Origin: Antedon mediterranea
Lineage: Eukaryota > Animalia > Echinodermata
DNA length: 64,000 nt
Reading direction: 5' to 3'
NCBI RefSeq assembly: GCF_964355755.1
Contig: NC_092675.1
Span: forward strand, 18,758,912-18,822,911
A program made the position numbers and the translations under genes. The notes under the pieces are model-generated. The model saw only the letters and a program-made list of their open reading frames with translations. It did no database searches and was not told the DNA's origin. Shown here piece after piece: positions 47,401 through 61,400 of the stretch. Within the stretch, counting starts at the first letter, position 1. Each line of letters begins with the position of its first letter.

Positions 47401-50400
47401 TAAGTCAATTTTTCAGAGTATATTCCTTATGGCCAGGAATCGATGTGGTTATGTTTTCACGATGCGCAATCAAAAATTACGCGGTCTACGCGCGATTTAA
47501 CGAAATCACGTTTGTAATCATATCTTCACAAACATGAATCACTTTTAAACAAAATTTGGTACTCATAAATTTCAGGTCATATTTCATCATATGGCAATAC
47601 AATTACGTGCGTAGCGCATATAACGCATGCGTACGCGCGCTTAAAATGTTGAAAATTGTCAGAATTTATTTTCGATGAAATTAGAGTACGTTTCAGGCAA
47701 TTTTAAGCGTTTAAAAAATTGCCATGAGTGCGCAGATTTTTGCACGCGCACTGCGCGTCAAACGTTAATGCACACTGTTTGTGTCCGATTACTGTTGTAT
47801 AACCTTTCTTTAATAATATCATCATATTTTATTCACTTTTCAACGCGAAACAGCGTTATACGAGCACGTCAAAAGTGACGGGCTACGCACGTGTAAGTTA
47901 ACAAAATGGTGAAAATATGCTAAATTTTAAAATTAATATATATCGTTAGAATGCTCGGGAACACCTATTTTTTATTTAATTTTCTTGAAGTGTATGTATC
48001 ATATGTATGATTTATTATGAAATTAGAAGAACAAAAGTTGATTAAGTCATCATTAATGGCATATTAAATTTAACAAAATTAATTTCGACAATCAAACAAA
48101 TTATAACATTTTCTTAGGCCAAAATAACAAACTTAACGTTAACTTTCTTCCTTAAGAAGTTCATATATTAAAGTTAAAAGTATATAGTTTGACAGTGCAT
48201 CATTTTTTTTAATTTTTAAAGATGTCATCATAGTAAAACATTATAATTCATTGCGGTATGTAATAATCTATCTGCACCAAAGTGGTTACTGCATAGTAAA
48301 TACACTGAGGAATCTTTCCATAACTTTTAGTCAGTTGTGTATGGCTCGGTGGTCTTTGCTCGTGTCTATAGCATTCAAGTACCGAGATCGAGTCTCACCT
48401 TGGGAAACGAAACAAAATTAGTTTTTTTTTTATTATCCGTATTGTTTGTTCAAATTTATTTCTTAGTGTATAGATTATACACATGATTTATAATGAAATC
48501 TAGATAAAAATTAACTTATGTCTTTATTATTATGTAACAACAAATGTGGTTTATGACATTATACGCATATGGATCTTTGATCGGATTGTGATACCGGCTA
48601 TGGTGTTCGCGTTAGCAAGGTCCTATCATATATTATAAATAATTAAAGATTCTGAGAAAATCAATCAATCAATATATATTTTAAAAATCAATTATCTTTA
48701 TTTAAATCAATGCATATAACCTATAATTCGTCATAGTGACGAATTAAATCTAGTTTGTGTTGGTTTTGTCACCCGAATTTATCTGTGCTATGTATTATAC
48801 AGGGTGGATCCGGGACGATTTTTTCGAAGGTTGGGGTGGACATTCAAGTTTTTCAACCACTCTGAAAAACCTTACCAGATAGGATTTTACTTCGATATTA
48901 GGCATATTGATAAATACAATCAAATCAGGTGTCAAAGGCGAAGTTAATCATAAAAAAAATACATGTATAGGGAGTAAATAAAAATATGATCTATATATTC
49001 TTATCCCTCAACAGAGACCCAGTTGGTCTGTCATACGTCTTGAGATGTATTCATTTTATTTTATAAATCTTTCTTACACTTTTCAGCTATCTGTCGTGTC
49101 TAAGCGATCTGTCTTGAACTTACTAAGAAATCCAGCTGCATCAACAATTCAGGTAATCATAACAAAATACATATATGTATTAATATTATTTATTGTATTA
49201 ATATATTATATTGTTATTATTTAAATATCTTAGTTATTAGCTTATATAACTTATTATTTTCCTAGCGTACTGAGGTTTTGATCCGCCTTTTTCTTGTCTT
49301 TACGAAACGCGAAAAAAAAAGCCATGAACCATTTAGCTTCAGTCCAAGCACGATCTGCAATGCCCCTTTAGAAATCTAACATTGTTTTTCTTAAGTCTAT
49401 ACAGTATATTCTGTGTAATTCATGTCTTAATTGTGTTTACAGTTGGTTGTTATGGTGATATTTGGACTTATTGTCGGTGGCATCTATTTCCAGCTTGATA
49501 ACAGTCTAACGCCCGGAATTCAAAACAGGTAAAATTGCTTTATCAACATGTTAATAAGAGCTTCTGTCGAGTCAAAAGTCATTCTGCACACGCTTACTTA
49601 CAAAAATATTATTTTCTTTTGTACATACATTTGCATTCATTAACTGTTAGATTGGCTTTGTTTTTAATTCAGAGTTGGTGCATTTTTCTTTCTTGTGATG
49701 AACATGATATTTTCAAACATGGGAGCAGTTGAAGTTTTTATTCAAGAAAGGGTTATCTTTAAGTATGAATATTTACATAATGTACACCTTTAACTGTAAT
49801 TATAAAAATGATCGATACCGTAATTGAAAAGTGAAAATATCATGATACATAATAGGCCTACATACATTTGTCCAAGTTTGTATTACGTGATTAAACCTTA
49901 GAAAACATAAATAAATCTTAGCAATTGTAATGTTTTGAAAAGTTTACATATTACTTGTGTTTCAGTCACGAGTCTGCCAGTGGTTACTATCGTACTTCTT
50001 GTTACTTCATGGCGAAGGTGTTCTGCGATCTTCTCCCGATGCGAGTGTTACCAACATGTGTATTTTCAGCTATCACGTACTGGATGATAGGTAATTCAGG
50101 AACATTTGCACATTACAGCATTAATCATGCTGTTGATGTTGCTTCATTTATCATTTGTTACTTGCGTAACATATGATTTTCACAATCTAATTTTGATTAA
50201 CAATAACGATTAATAATACGTCACTGATTGAGTGCTAATCGGTCCGTGGTATGGCCTATAGGAATGTCTAGAACTAATAGTATAACTTCTGGAGATTGTT
50301 AGTACGATCTAACTATTTTCCAAATTATAATTTTTATTTAAAAAAAACACACAAAACGCTTCGTCTTTTAAATTGTGATTAATCGTTACCAAGTGCTAAG

Positions 50401-52475
50401 CCTCTTTAAAGGATTTCATTTTAATGTGTGCTTCTCGTAATAGTATGACTATCATAATGGTAAAAACTATAATATCGAGAATGACCCTACCTGAATCCAT
50501 AAATGACTCTGTTGTTTAGCAATGGTTCCTTACTAATTTAGTATATGCCTTAATTGTTAATATTTTCCTTCAGGATTCGTTCCAGAAGCTTCGAACTTCT
50601 TTATATTCCTTTTGGACTTAGTTGTGACATCATTCACTGCATGTAGTCTGGCGTTCTGCATGGGAGCTAGAATAAACATCGTTGGAATTGCAACTCTTCT
50701 TGTCTCAATGGCCTACGTTTTTATGATGGTACGATTCATTGGATTCAATTCTTTAAAATATTTAATACAAAGGAATGAAGCGTCTATGAAGTGTTTATTT
50801 TATCTACGAACACCCTGATCCATTATGTAGTATTACATAAATGTATTCTTCTTAATATGATGAACATTTATTCACCACTGAAAAAGTTTTCAATATGGGG
50901 ATGTGGGAGTTACAAAATAATAAATAAAAGATAAAATTGTGCTTCTAAATACAAAAATAATGATAAAAATGTCTTCATTTTTAACCCTTTCATAGGTATT
51001 TGGCGGTTTTCTTGTAAATATTTCTTCATTGCCAAGTTGGCTGCAATGGTTACAGTACACAAGCATTTTCAGATACAGCCTAAACGTAAGTTTTATTCTT
51101 TAACAAAACTAATATAATATATTGGTCATCGATTACTAGAAGTGGTTTACTGTATATCACATCATGTTATAATCCAAAATGAAATTTGTAGGAGGAGGAG
51201 TTCAAGTTCGAATTTGTTTACATTTATACAATGTTTCTATGAATCAGAAAACGAATCAGTTTGGTTCATTATAGACGCATAAATATTTACGTCTAAATTT
51301 AGAGTTTCGGCTCGTATCTGACGAGAAATCTGGCTTCCAAGATTTCAAAACTTTAAATGTTGCTTAAATAAATAATTTAAAACAATTACATTTGTTATTT
51401 CATTGTATTATCTTTTTTTATACCAGACGTTGCTTATTAATGAATTTGCTACATCTACGTTTTGCCCTGTAAACGTAACACTAACCGATCCATGGTAAGA
51501 AATCACAGCATTTTAACAATATAGTCCTAAGTATTTATGACAGTTAGACTAGTTTATATATGACTTGCGATAGTCGGTTAGTATCTGCCTAATGACAGAA
51601 ACAGAATCGGGTTTGTGTTTGTTTAATGTCAGGTAATTTTTTTCAATTCACTTTGCCAGTCATTTAGATTTTTACTAGTTTTGATGTTGTGCTCGTTTAT
51701 TTTAATGTTTTTTTATGATGTATTGTGTGTTTCTCAATGTTTGATGTTATTTTATGCTATCTTTTTTTAAACATTTTAAATATTTTAAGTACCTTTTAAT
51801 AATGTAAAAAATGGTCACAATTCAGTTTTTCTGTGAAGATGATTTTAATATATATACCATTATGAATGAATGAATGAATATAGAGTATGTTTACTTTTTT
51901 CGATGTGTAATATTGATGTTAACATGATTTTGAGAGATAAATAAAAATAGCATTGCTTAATATTAAAATGTAGGTTTGTACGAATGAAACGATATAGGCC
52001 GCACACCCACTCAATAATAATAACAACGCATTAAAACACTATTAATTGGATACTGAATGTTATGAAATTAGAGATACACTCTTACCGTGGCCGGATTTCG
52101 GCGGCGGGATAATAAGCCGAGAAAATGAGTGCATGCCTTTAGAACCGTTCACTCATTTCGGGTTATAAAATGTAAACGTACTTCATCGATAGAAAATAGT
52201 AACACAGCCGGAATTTTCTCCTGTCGCCGGACCAAATTCGGGCCCAGTGTGAACGCAGCTTTAATCTGTACATGTATGTATTATGTATTCATACTGTATA
52301 TCAATTACCATTTTTGTTTTGTTTCAGTTTACCAGGAACAGTTTACCTTAATGAGCAAGGCATTGATTACAGCTCATGGGGATTATGGCAAAACCAGGTT
52401 GCAATGGGTGTTATATCTATAGGGCTTCTACTGATAGCATATTTACAGATGAGGTTGTCACCCAAGTTTAAATAA
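38488..52475 (+). CDS. ABCG2: ABC transporter G family member 2-like (BCRP-like half transporter), 691 aa
   Basis: join(38488-38807,39093-39152,40034-40148,40589-40741,41568-41725,43365-43516,44661-44780,46739-46908,49087-49152,49443-49528,49673-49762,49966-50090,50574-50728,50996-51085,51427-51494,52328-52475) = 2076 nt, all GT-AG. Walker [11 protein letters not shown]-loop GYVVQDD, signature VSGGERKR, Walker [13 protein letters not shown]-loop SIHQP and NNPPDFFLD are present. The C-terminal TM domain contains HESASGYY and DLLPMR. The start Met is the least certain part. Confidence 0.93.
41246..41470 (+). mobile_element. Deu/Nin-domain SINE, copy 2
   Basis: Same core (GTCTTCTCGGATAAGGACTATAAACCGTAGGTCC) and same tail (CAGTCTTTGACTGAAGA…CCCAGTA) as copy 1. 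Confidence 0.75.
41757..42787 (-). mobile_element. 5'-truncated L2/CR1-group LINE
   Basis: Encodes [18 protein letters not shown]…[20 protein letters not shown]…[12 protein letters not shown] and [18 protein letters not shown], with frameshifts. It has a (TTA)n tail at about 41757-41772 and belongs to the same group as 19751-20178. Confidence 0.85.
43750..44102 (-). mobile_element. Deu/Nin-domain SINE, copy 3 (full tRNA head, different tail)
   Basis: The minus strand has an A-box TGGCTGAGCGG, a B-box GGTTCGAGG, the shared core, then a 3' region unrelated to copies 1 and 2, ending in (TAAA)n. Confidence 0.75.
45105..46650 (+). mobile_element. 5'-truncated CR1/L2-group LINE with reverse transcriptase domain (frameshifted)
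   Basis: Encodes [60 protein letters not shown] and KLQNRALR. It has a 3' UTR and a (TAAA)n tail at 46629-46650. Confidence 0.92.
46920..47026. mobile_element. MITE family A partial copy
   Basis: …CCATATTTGGGCACATCAC…ACTAGTTTGATAGTGTAGACAGAACT. It starts about 12 nt after the donor of ABCG2 exon 46739-46908. Confidence 0.6.
47266..48755 (+). mobile_element. non-autonomous Helentron-type element (HINE), about 1.5 kb
   Basis: Sub-terminal repeat AGGTTATATGCAT (47271-47283) has inverted copies at 47287-47299 and 48710-48722. A (TTTA)n microsatellite lies at about 47318-47347. The 3' end has hairpin AATTCGTCA-TAG-TGACGAATT (48725-48745) followed by CTAGTT. Confidence 0.82.
52081..52260. mobile_element. 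partial Harbinger-type MITE
   Basis: GC-rich patch with imperfect internal inverted repeats, ending CAGTGTGAACGCAGCT|TTA. The left terminus is degraded. Confidence 0.4.
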
Positions 52476-53296
52476 ATCAAATTGATTCATTTACATAATG
52501 TTTAATCAGACAAAAAGCATCTATTAAAAATCGAGTCACTTCTTACAATCATCCTTTGGTATTATACTACAATAATCGCAGTCATTATAGTGGGGTAAAA
52601 TAAGTTATTCATAGAATAAGATGATTTATGTTGATTGCAAACTTCAATCAAATGTTTACTGAATTCACTAAAAATGCCTTACGCACATTTTAGTTTTTAG
52701 CGAGGTAAAATACAGAACTGTCTCCTTCTATATATCCTCTTGTTTTTATATTTTATTTGATACAACTTTCGTTGTTTTAATTTAAATTTTAAGTTTTATT
52801 CTTCAAAGTGACTGATAAAAATGTCTTTCCCGTATTTTGCTAAAAGACAAAATAATTCAGTAGATTACAAAAAGATTCAGAAATCTGTAGTATGATCGGA
52901 ATTTAAACAAAATATTGATGTACAGTATTATGGGATTTTTAGATTTTTATATTTGTAATATTAAAATTTTGTAAAGATAATTTAAACTATTAAGGCTCGC
53001 CGTCCAATCATGTTCAATACTTCAACGCAATCAATAAATATAGTTTAGCAAGTTATGATTGTATCCATATCACTGTGTCTCTGACTGACTGATTTTTAAT
53101 TTGAAAAGAACCGCAATATAATAGTATTATAAAAGTATAATAGTATTTGTTGGTTTCTCCTGGGGCATCAGATCAAATAAAAAATTAAATTCATGGATAT
53201 TGTTATTAAATAACCGTGACAAATTTGCACTTGGTGTGATTCTACAATAGTTTAACATGCTCTCTCTGATCTGACATTGTTTTATGTTTCACCTGG

Positions 53297-53460
53297 CGTC
53301 TTGGATAACTTCAAACCGAAGATCCAGTGTAGGCCTACACTAGCTCGGTTGAATGTTAGTGAACCCAGTACATCTTTCGGAAGATTATAGGGTTACCTTT
53401 GTGTACTTGTACCCCGGCCGCAGTTCATGCTAGACGTTGTATAGCCGGCCATGTGGTTGG
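53297..53460 (+). mobile_element. diverged Deu/Nin-domain SINE core, copy 4
   Basis: GTCTTGGATAACTTCAAACCGAAGATCCAGTGTA[GGCCTA]CAC…GAACCCAGTACATCTTTCGGAAGA…AGGGTTACC aligns to the core of copies 1-3. Confidence 0.6.
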
Positions 53461-56400
53461 TAGGTTTAAGCATAACACTCAAATGAAGACGAAAGATATA
53501 AACACAAAATAAACAAAACTAGACAACAGGAAATGTCCTTCTTCATCTGACCAACCAGTTTACCTTTCAGATTATTATTCCTGGTGCCTCGGTAAATTAA
53601 AACATTAGGAAGGCAGTTTAAGGTTGCTCCTATCACTGTCGTCGCTAACAAGGCCAAGAGGTTCGCCAGGTTCAGGTCTTAGCCTCAAACTCTTACTATA
53701 CAAAGACATCTGTTGTATTTACAAAACTCAACCTCTGTGTATTTTGTAAATGAAAATCTGGCAATTATTGACAACACCACCAATGATAATCATCACAAAT
53801 GTCAGTAAGAAATATAAAAATGGTAACAAACATCCCAGTTAAACCTCCAGGGGACAGAGTGGGTGGAATAGGTGTTAAAGACTGGAGACAATTGCCTGCG
53901 GGACCAGAGTGGGTGACAGCGCTTCAGGATATAAACACTCTCTTTTTAATGTCTCTGCCAACGAGAATGTTTTCTTATAATTTCGAAAATGACAAACAAC
54001 ATATCGTTAGGCTGAGGTGATAGATGATATTTATTCATCTCCATTACATAGTGTGTAATTATGTGTCATAAGAAAACGGTCAATATAATAATGAATATAT
54101 ACATAATGAGTCGTTGAAACATTTTAAAGTATACAGAATTCCTACGTTTATGTAGTTCAATAACACATGTCAATTATATTTATACGATCGTCAAAATTAA
54201 TTATATCCCTGAAAGTTAAATTTCCCTTAGGAAAATTATAGGATCACATTCATTAAAGAATAGGTCGTTATAGTCAAAGGACTCATCAGTTTTGCTTTTA
54301 GGTATTTTATGATGGACTTCATTTGAGAAACGCTTATGATAATAGAATGGAGTTCTAAGCAAAATCAATTTGGAATCATGTATATAACATACAAAGTTTT
54401 ATATCACGCATGATAATACGTCCATATGAGTTAGGTTCCTATTTTAGGCGATCGGTATAAATTTATCATGGCAATTGAATAGAACATATTAAGGGATTGC
54501 CAGATTGCAGCGTCTGTGGTACAAATTGAACATTATGAATGTCCAATAATTGGATAATTGATTTCACTCAGTAGAAAAAATGTTTTAAAAGGCTATCTTG
54601 GATCAGAATTTGGAAATGTATTACATGCTTTTTTAACTGCCTATTCAAAATTCGTGAGAATAGAATTATAACGATAATTATACTAAATAAGTTCCCGATT
54701 TGTCAAAAACAATACCAGGAAAAATAATAATATGTACATAGATATTCACAGACATTCTCGTGACATTAAAAACACGAAGAAATGGAACAAATCAAATGAA
54801 CCAAGTATTAATTTCATTTTCTTTTCTTTAAACAAATAATTAAATTAAATTAGCAGTTGACTCTGTCTACACTATAAAATTAGTTTGAAAAATAATGGTA
54901 GTGATGACGTAATCTCGTCCATATTTGGGCATATCACTTTTCCTTTTTTTTTTACAAATAATTGAATCAAATTAGCAATTGACTAAGACGGACTAACACA
55001 AATTGTATTTCAGACTTATCCATCAAATCTGTTTTTATATTTTAATCAATTATAGAAAAAGATTAATCAAACATTACATACTCATAACTTTTAAAATTAC
55101 TATTGATTTTTCAATTGTTCTGAGCATTGATTTTCTGTATCCTTGAAAACACTGGAACAGGCTTAATGTTCATATTCATCAAAGCACCCACGCATTGATC
55201 ACTGGATCTTCAAATCAATCAGTATTTACATTGTTGAGCCAATTACTTTGCATATGCTTCAACAGTATATCTTATTCCAGGTTAACATTATAGAAGTAAA
55301 TTTACATATAGTATTGCCCGATTCTTAGTGCTATTCTCCACATACAGTATATTTTCCAATGACTGGAGAAAGATACAGTACCGACAATCGCTATATATTC
55401 ATACTGTTTTAAACGAAAATGTGACTTCTACCGATGGTAGGCCTATGTGTACGACTGTGGAGAAATACGAGAGCCAGTATTGTAACCGTAAACAAACAAC
55501 ACTTAGAGGGCTTCTACAGTACTAACTTGGGTCCTGTATTTATTAGTACCGATACAGTATTTATATAATAAATATGCATTTATTGCCCGTCCCCACCTCA
55601 CCCCCAAAAATAACCCCATTATTATGACTCGTAAAGAATTGATACATTATGTGTCCTATAGACAGAGTACGGGGACTGAAAGTAGCCGCTGCTGTGCTAA
55701 TTAGAACAACAATTGTATAGAGAAAAAAAAACCGTTTTAGTTAGGTACTGGCACAAATATATTTTATTATATACGAGGTTTACAATTCACAAATACAGTT
55801 ACTATTATAGGTTGCATTATCTTTTTAAAATATGCATGTAAAATCTGTTCCTGGTGTACACGCGTGCCACATTCGAGGCAATGATGAATGTCAAATATCA
55901 CAACCCTCAAACGATGTACAAACTACTCCACTGACGTCATCATTCTATGAATATTCTATATATCCAATTAAAGTTAATTTTGAGTGAACTCTATGGAATG
56001 ATCCCACGACATAGTCGTTACTTAAGGCCGCTATACTGGGGAACATTAATTTCAATGTTAAAACTGCTTTAATGTTTACAACGCTTTTGTGCAATAAACA
56101 ATGACTTAAATGTACGTTCATGTTGTTCGCTATTGGTATTATTAGTAATAAACTCTAGGGTATAATTTGTCACTAGTATATATCAAAACTGCTGTTAGCA
56201 GAATTCTGATAAACAGAAAAATGTCAACGTTTTTGTGGGTATTAGACTGTGATTATAATGATTTATCTTTTATCGTTCTAGACACAGTACAGTTTCACTG
56301 TGATACCAAACATCACTTTTGTTGGTTTTTTTATGTCATTATTGAATATCGAATGTTATAAAAGTACACCATGTTTTAGAATTGTATTATCTGGCAGTTA

Positions 56401-57104
56401 TATTTAGTTTAGTATTTCATGATGTTTTTTCCAACTTTAATATTCTGCTTAGCTAATATCAGTTACATGTTTCTGTATCATCTATATCAATATTTCCCTA
56501 TGGATAAAAAAAATTGCAATGAACCAAAGTGTACTTCAACACGTTTAGTCCGCATGGATCTTATGAAGTCACTTGACAATACAGTTTTTATCCCGTGCTC
56601 CAGTTCAATGCTATTAAAACGGTTAACTTACACGTATTCTAACTTTGAGACCCGTATGTTTGCATCTCTCTACGCGCGCGTTTATTATTCACTATCTTTT
56701 CATGATGCCTACCGTATACAAATGAAGTGAAGAGGTTGACGCCGTGTATCATCACCATCATCATTCTCAACAGCAGCTAGTTGTTTCATTTATTGTATTG
56801 GTTATCGCATAACTACATACAGACCATTGAAACTTACTTCTGCTACCAATCACATAGTCTTGTTATAATTAGTTATTTTTTAAGTAGAGCAATGTTGATG
56901 TTTGCCAGAAGACACGTTATTTTTGTTCAAGAATAGAAACAAAATTCTGGTGATAATGATAATTTTGACACATTAAAGTAATGCATCGTTTTTAATGATG
57001 GAAATTATTTTCAAATAACAAAAAACAATACAGTGTTATAATTATGATTATCATTCTTTTTTTAAAACTTATTTTGCTGACGATAATAAAAGTAATAATA
57101 ATCG

Positions 57105-57136
57105 AAGCTTTCACGGCGCAGTCGCGGTTCGCTAGT
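57105..57136 (+). mobile_element. possible Helitron 3' terminus
   Basis: GC-rich imperfect hairpin CACGGCGCAGTCGCGG followed by CTAG|T. The 5' end was not located. Confidence 0.3.
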
Positions 57137-58497
57137 TTTTAATATACTAAATCATCATGGTGCATACTCAAACAAGAGCCGCGGTTACAATTTATATTCC
57201 CAGACGTTTTAATTTTATCCAAATACTAACATTAAAATTAGGAGTACCACAATGAAATTGAATCTGTCGATTAGATCTTCAACGAGGAGATTCGTCTTAA
57301 AACATAATAATAACACTGCAGGTATATCACTAAGGTTTTCATATTCTAAATTACTTAATACATTATAACACGTATTTCAAATACTCTATCCCGTGGTGAA
57401 ATTATATATAAACGTCCCCACGCATTATATCTGAGCCTCAATAACTAATAATAATCTTTAATAATATAACAATGATTTGTAAAACCTTTGAGATTAAATC
57501 TATAGCTACTTTGATATTTGTTATTCCTAAAGTAATGAATGTTTTGTATATGAAGTGAATATATTATAATATTTTCATTCGTTGATTGTTCTATCTGTTC
57601 TTTTTTCTTCAACTCATAAACATTCATTATTCTTCCTTGGAAAAATCCAAGAAACATTATTTATTACATATAGCATTTGGCTCAAATAGTATATAACAAC
57701 ATTATCTATAATTATGAAAAGAGTGCGTTTAAAAATTATGCTTTGCGTTTAAATGAAGAAAAAAAAACAATTCCAAGCTTAGTAATGGAATCAGTATTTG
57801 TAGTAGACATTAGATACATACATTTTAATTTAGATGGATCATAATATTTAGTTTTAATATTTGAATAAAAGGAAAACACTCAAGTTAATTTATCTTTAAT
57901 TTTATCATCTTCCTCTTTCAATTTTCAATTAAGTATATATATTATCATATTTATCATGTCTACACCACAGCATCCCACTACCATTACCTACATTATCATC
58001 ATTGGCAACATTATCGATGGCTATTCTCAAAAGTAAGAAAGGAAGATGATTTTAGTAAGCGAATAATAGAAATAGATACAAATATGACAATTACATGGAA
58101 TCTTACTAATTTGTAGTTCACTTTAAATTAAAAATGACATTGATACATGGATGTATAACAATAAGTATTTAATCCTTTATTGTAGACATGAATGATCCAA
58201 AGTTTATCCGATAATTGATGTCAACACAAACTGGTTCGTCAAAATGACGTACTGTTCTGCGAAGAAGAGAGAAGTTGCCGCGGTACTTTCATGTTGCCCA
58301 TGTTTGTTTTTCATTTTCTATCTTTCAACATTTGTAAGAAATTAAAGACATTTATATAATCGTACACGAATTGGGATCCGAGTATTGGATTGACCTTCCG
58401 CTCACCCATCAACCTTCTTCGATACATTCATAGATCATCATAACATGATTTTACCTTGTCTTTGGTGTCATCGCTGACGTGTTTGATATTGCATCAT

Positions 58498-58528
58498 CTG
58501 GTACTGGTACTGGTACTGGTACTGGTAC
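58498..58528. repeat. (CTGGTA)5 microsatellite
   Basis: Read directly. Confidence 0.85.
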
Positions 58529-60619
58529 TTGTAACCGTCTACATAGAGACATCTAGTAGCCCTTAAAATCAAGTTGGCATTTTTATATTATATGATATAT
58601 AATATAATATGTATAATGCGACATTTTATAGCGCTATTTTATAATGAAGATCATCGTATCATAAAAATACAATAATCTGGTCAGTAAATTGCTGTATCTG
58701 ACGTTTATTCTCCATGATATTTTTTTCTGTGTTGAATGTTTAATTATTTTTAGCTCAAAAATACTAAAAATGGTATGTCATTGAGTTAATATAAGTTGCC
58801 TTTAAGTACATGTTTATGGTATATGTGGGATTTTGCACAATAAAAATAGAATTCCAGAAATAATCCATCTCAGTTAACATCAAAACATGTCAATTTTCAA
58901 TCAATTGAGATAAGTATACGAAAACACTCATCCGATGCACAGTCCACCTACGAGCACGCTTATTAAGTGTAAGAATCACGAATCTCGAATGAAAAATATT
59001 TATTGGTATAAACAATTCAGTTACCAGTGTACATTCATGTTTTCGTTTTACAAGTTAGTTATTGTAATATATTGTTTGTATTCCGTCTTTCCTCTTTCAT
59101 TATTTTATTTCATTTATTTACCAAAAATAAAGCATTATAGCTTACAGCAAACATATAATTTTATTTAAAATATAGAACCAGGGATATACCTGTATTATTA
59201 TTTGGTTTGAGACAAATCTCATCGGTGAAAATGTAATTTTAGGCATTGTAAATATTTATTTTCATATGAAGTTCGAATAATTTGCATACTTTTTTAAACA
59301 ACCAATCAATCAGTTGGTCAGATAAACAGCAAATTAGTCATCTATTGCAAATCTAACCATGACTAACATCATTAGAACCGCAAATTCTATAAGACTATAC
59401 TAAGTTCATAAAGAACGAGGCTTCGAGTTTTGGTTAGAAAAGTGTTATAATTGTACAATGTAGACTATATGAACTTGGACACAAACTAGTTTCCAAAATT
59501 ATTAACCAATATCAAACAAAGATAGCTCTCGTTTACAAAAAAACTTGGTTATCGTACAGTTCTTATCCATGATCCTGTAGATGGAGAAGTATCAAACAAA
59601 TGTTGTTCAAAACTTTTTAAACATTATTTCATAAACTTCTCTAAATTGTAGCAAACTCGATCTTTTAAATCTTAGAATTCTACTATTGGAGAAGTTTACA
59701 GGCTCGCGTGACCAAAAAGAAGTCTATACTTCTATACTTTGGCAAACTATTTGTTAAAAACTCAGAGTTTGCTCGATGAACATAACAGTTTTTCCAAAGT
59801 TTGCTAATGCAGACGATCAGTTGACAAACTTCGACTTTATTTTATCAAACTTTGAATTTGTATAATTTGTTCAAATGTGCTAGTGTAGACAACAGTAGGT
59901 CTAAGTTCCCAAACCCAAATTTGTTAAGAAGGTGCATCGCCTACATTATGAACATTTGGACCCTTTCCATACATTAGTTCGTTGAACGTTATTAACTCAG
60001 CGATTCAAATAACAGTACATTTAGTGATTGGAATGTGCAGATGGAAGATGTAGACAAACAACTAAACGCACAAAAAATAGAAATAAAATCTATTTTATTG
60101 GTGAAATTATAGAACGTATTAGGGACAATAACGTAAACAGTGTTTGCCCTAAGAGATTTGACTGTTAATTATTAAGACGTGGGTATACCCTCAGGTCGAC
60201 GTGGAAACTAACGAGGTACCTCAACACCTACGCAAGTAAATAACTTAGATGAAACAAGCAACAGGCTATTATTGTATATAACAGAATTACGGAATATTAT
60301 TCGATTTTTAAATTTTAGAATATTTTAATCTCATTTCTCAATTATGTGTGTATAATACAAACTCATAAAATTATTTCATTATGTCTAGGTGGCAATGCTG
60401 ACAATTGAAGCTATAGTTATAAAAGCATACTGCGTACAATCGGAAATATAATATGATCATGGGCAGAAGTAACTTTTCTACTTGAAGCGCATACTCGCTA
60501 TTACAGTATAAACAATGATAGATCAGAAGAACCAAGTACTTATACCATGAGTATGGTGATGGCACAATCATTAACTGTACACATTACTTTAGATTTTACA
60601 TAAACATTATTTTATATGA

Positions 60620-61400
60620 CTTTAATCATAGTAAGCGCCGCGTTACAATTACTGTCTAATTTCTTAAAATAACATAGGCCTATATTGAATTGTTTTTTAA
60701 ACTGATTGTACTCATCCAAGTAATTGAACTTTGTCAAAAAGTGCTAATTATAAGTGAAGCGAGTTGTTCATTCAGTCGATCCACAGAGCTCTTCTCTGTT
60801 AATTTAGTTCCAGTCGCTCTTTCAATCGTTCTAATTTCATATTCATTTTAATCAATTAATCACTGACCGATATCTAAATATATTTGAATGACGGTGATAA
60901 TATAAAACAGAGGAAACAATTGATCAATAAACTTCACCAAACACATGCCTGTAGCAATACCTGGTTATTCTCTCGTTCTTAAAACACCTTTCAATCCGTA
61001 AACTTGATAAATTGTTTGTCAAATTTCATGCGTTCTTCACCTTTCTGTGTCTAGTTCTAATTAGTAAACAAATCATGACTGACATACTGTGGCTTAGTAG
61101 ATTACTTTACAATAAACCGATGTAGGGTTTATTTCTAGAATAGATAACTTTTCTATTTAACCAATAAATAATACAAATCTTATTATGTACATGATTTTGT
61201 TGGTTAGGACAATGTATAGCCAAACAGCGAATTGGAATGGCCAAGATAGTTCCCTAAAGGAAACGTATAACAGAAATACCTACTTGTGGATCTGTTTTAT
61301 AGAACCAAATACAAACAAGACATCGCTACATCAATTAGAAAAGCTGCAGAGAAGATGCATACGACTTAAAAGACAAAAATAAGACTTTAAAAAAATACAA
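60620..61400. mobile_element. possible old LINE debris
   Basis: The minus strand near 60705-60735 gives a KFNYLG (RTE-like) word. The plus-strand ORF 61185-61382 ends LEKLQRRCIR (CR1-like). These are isolated motifs only. Confidence 0.2.

Noticed and set aside
53466-54020. Short ORFs downstream of ABCG2 as exons of another gene
   Set aside because: No recognisable domain and no consistent exon chain. The adjacent GC-rich patch is a SINE core.
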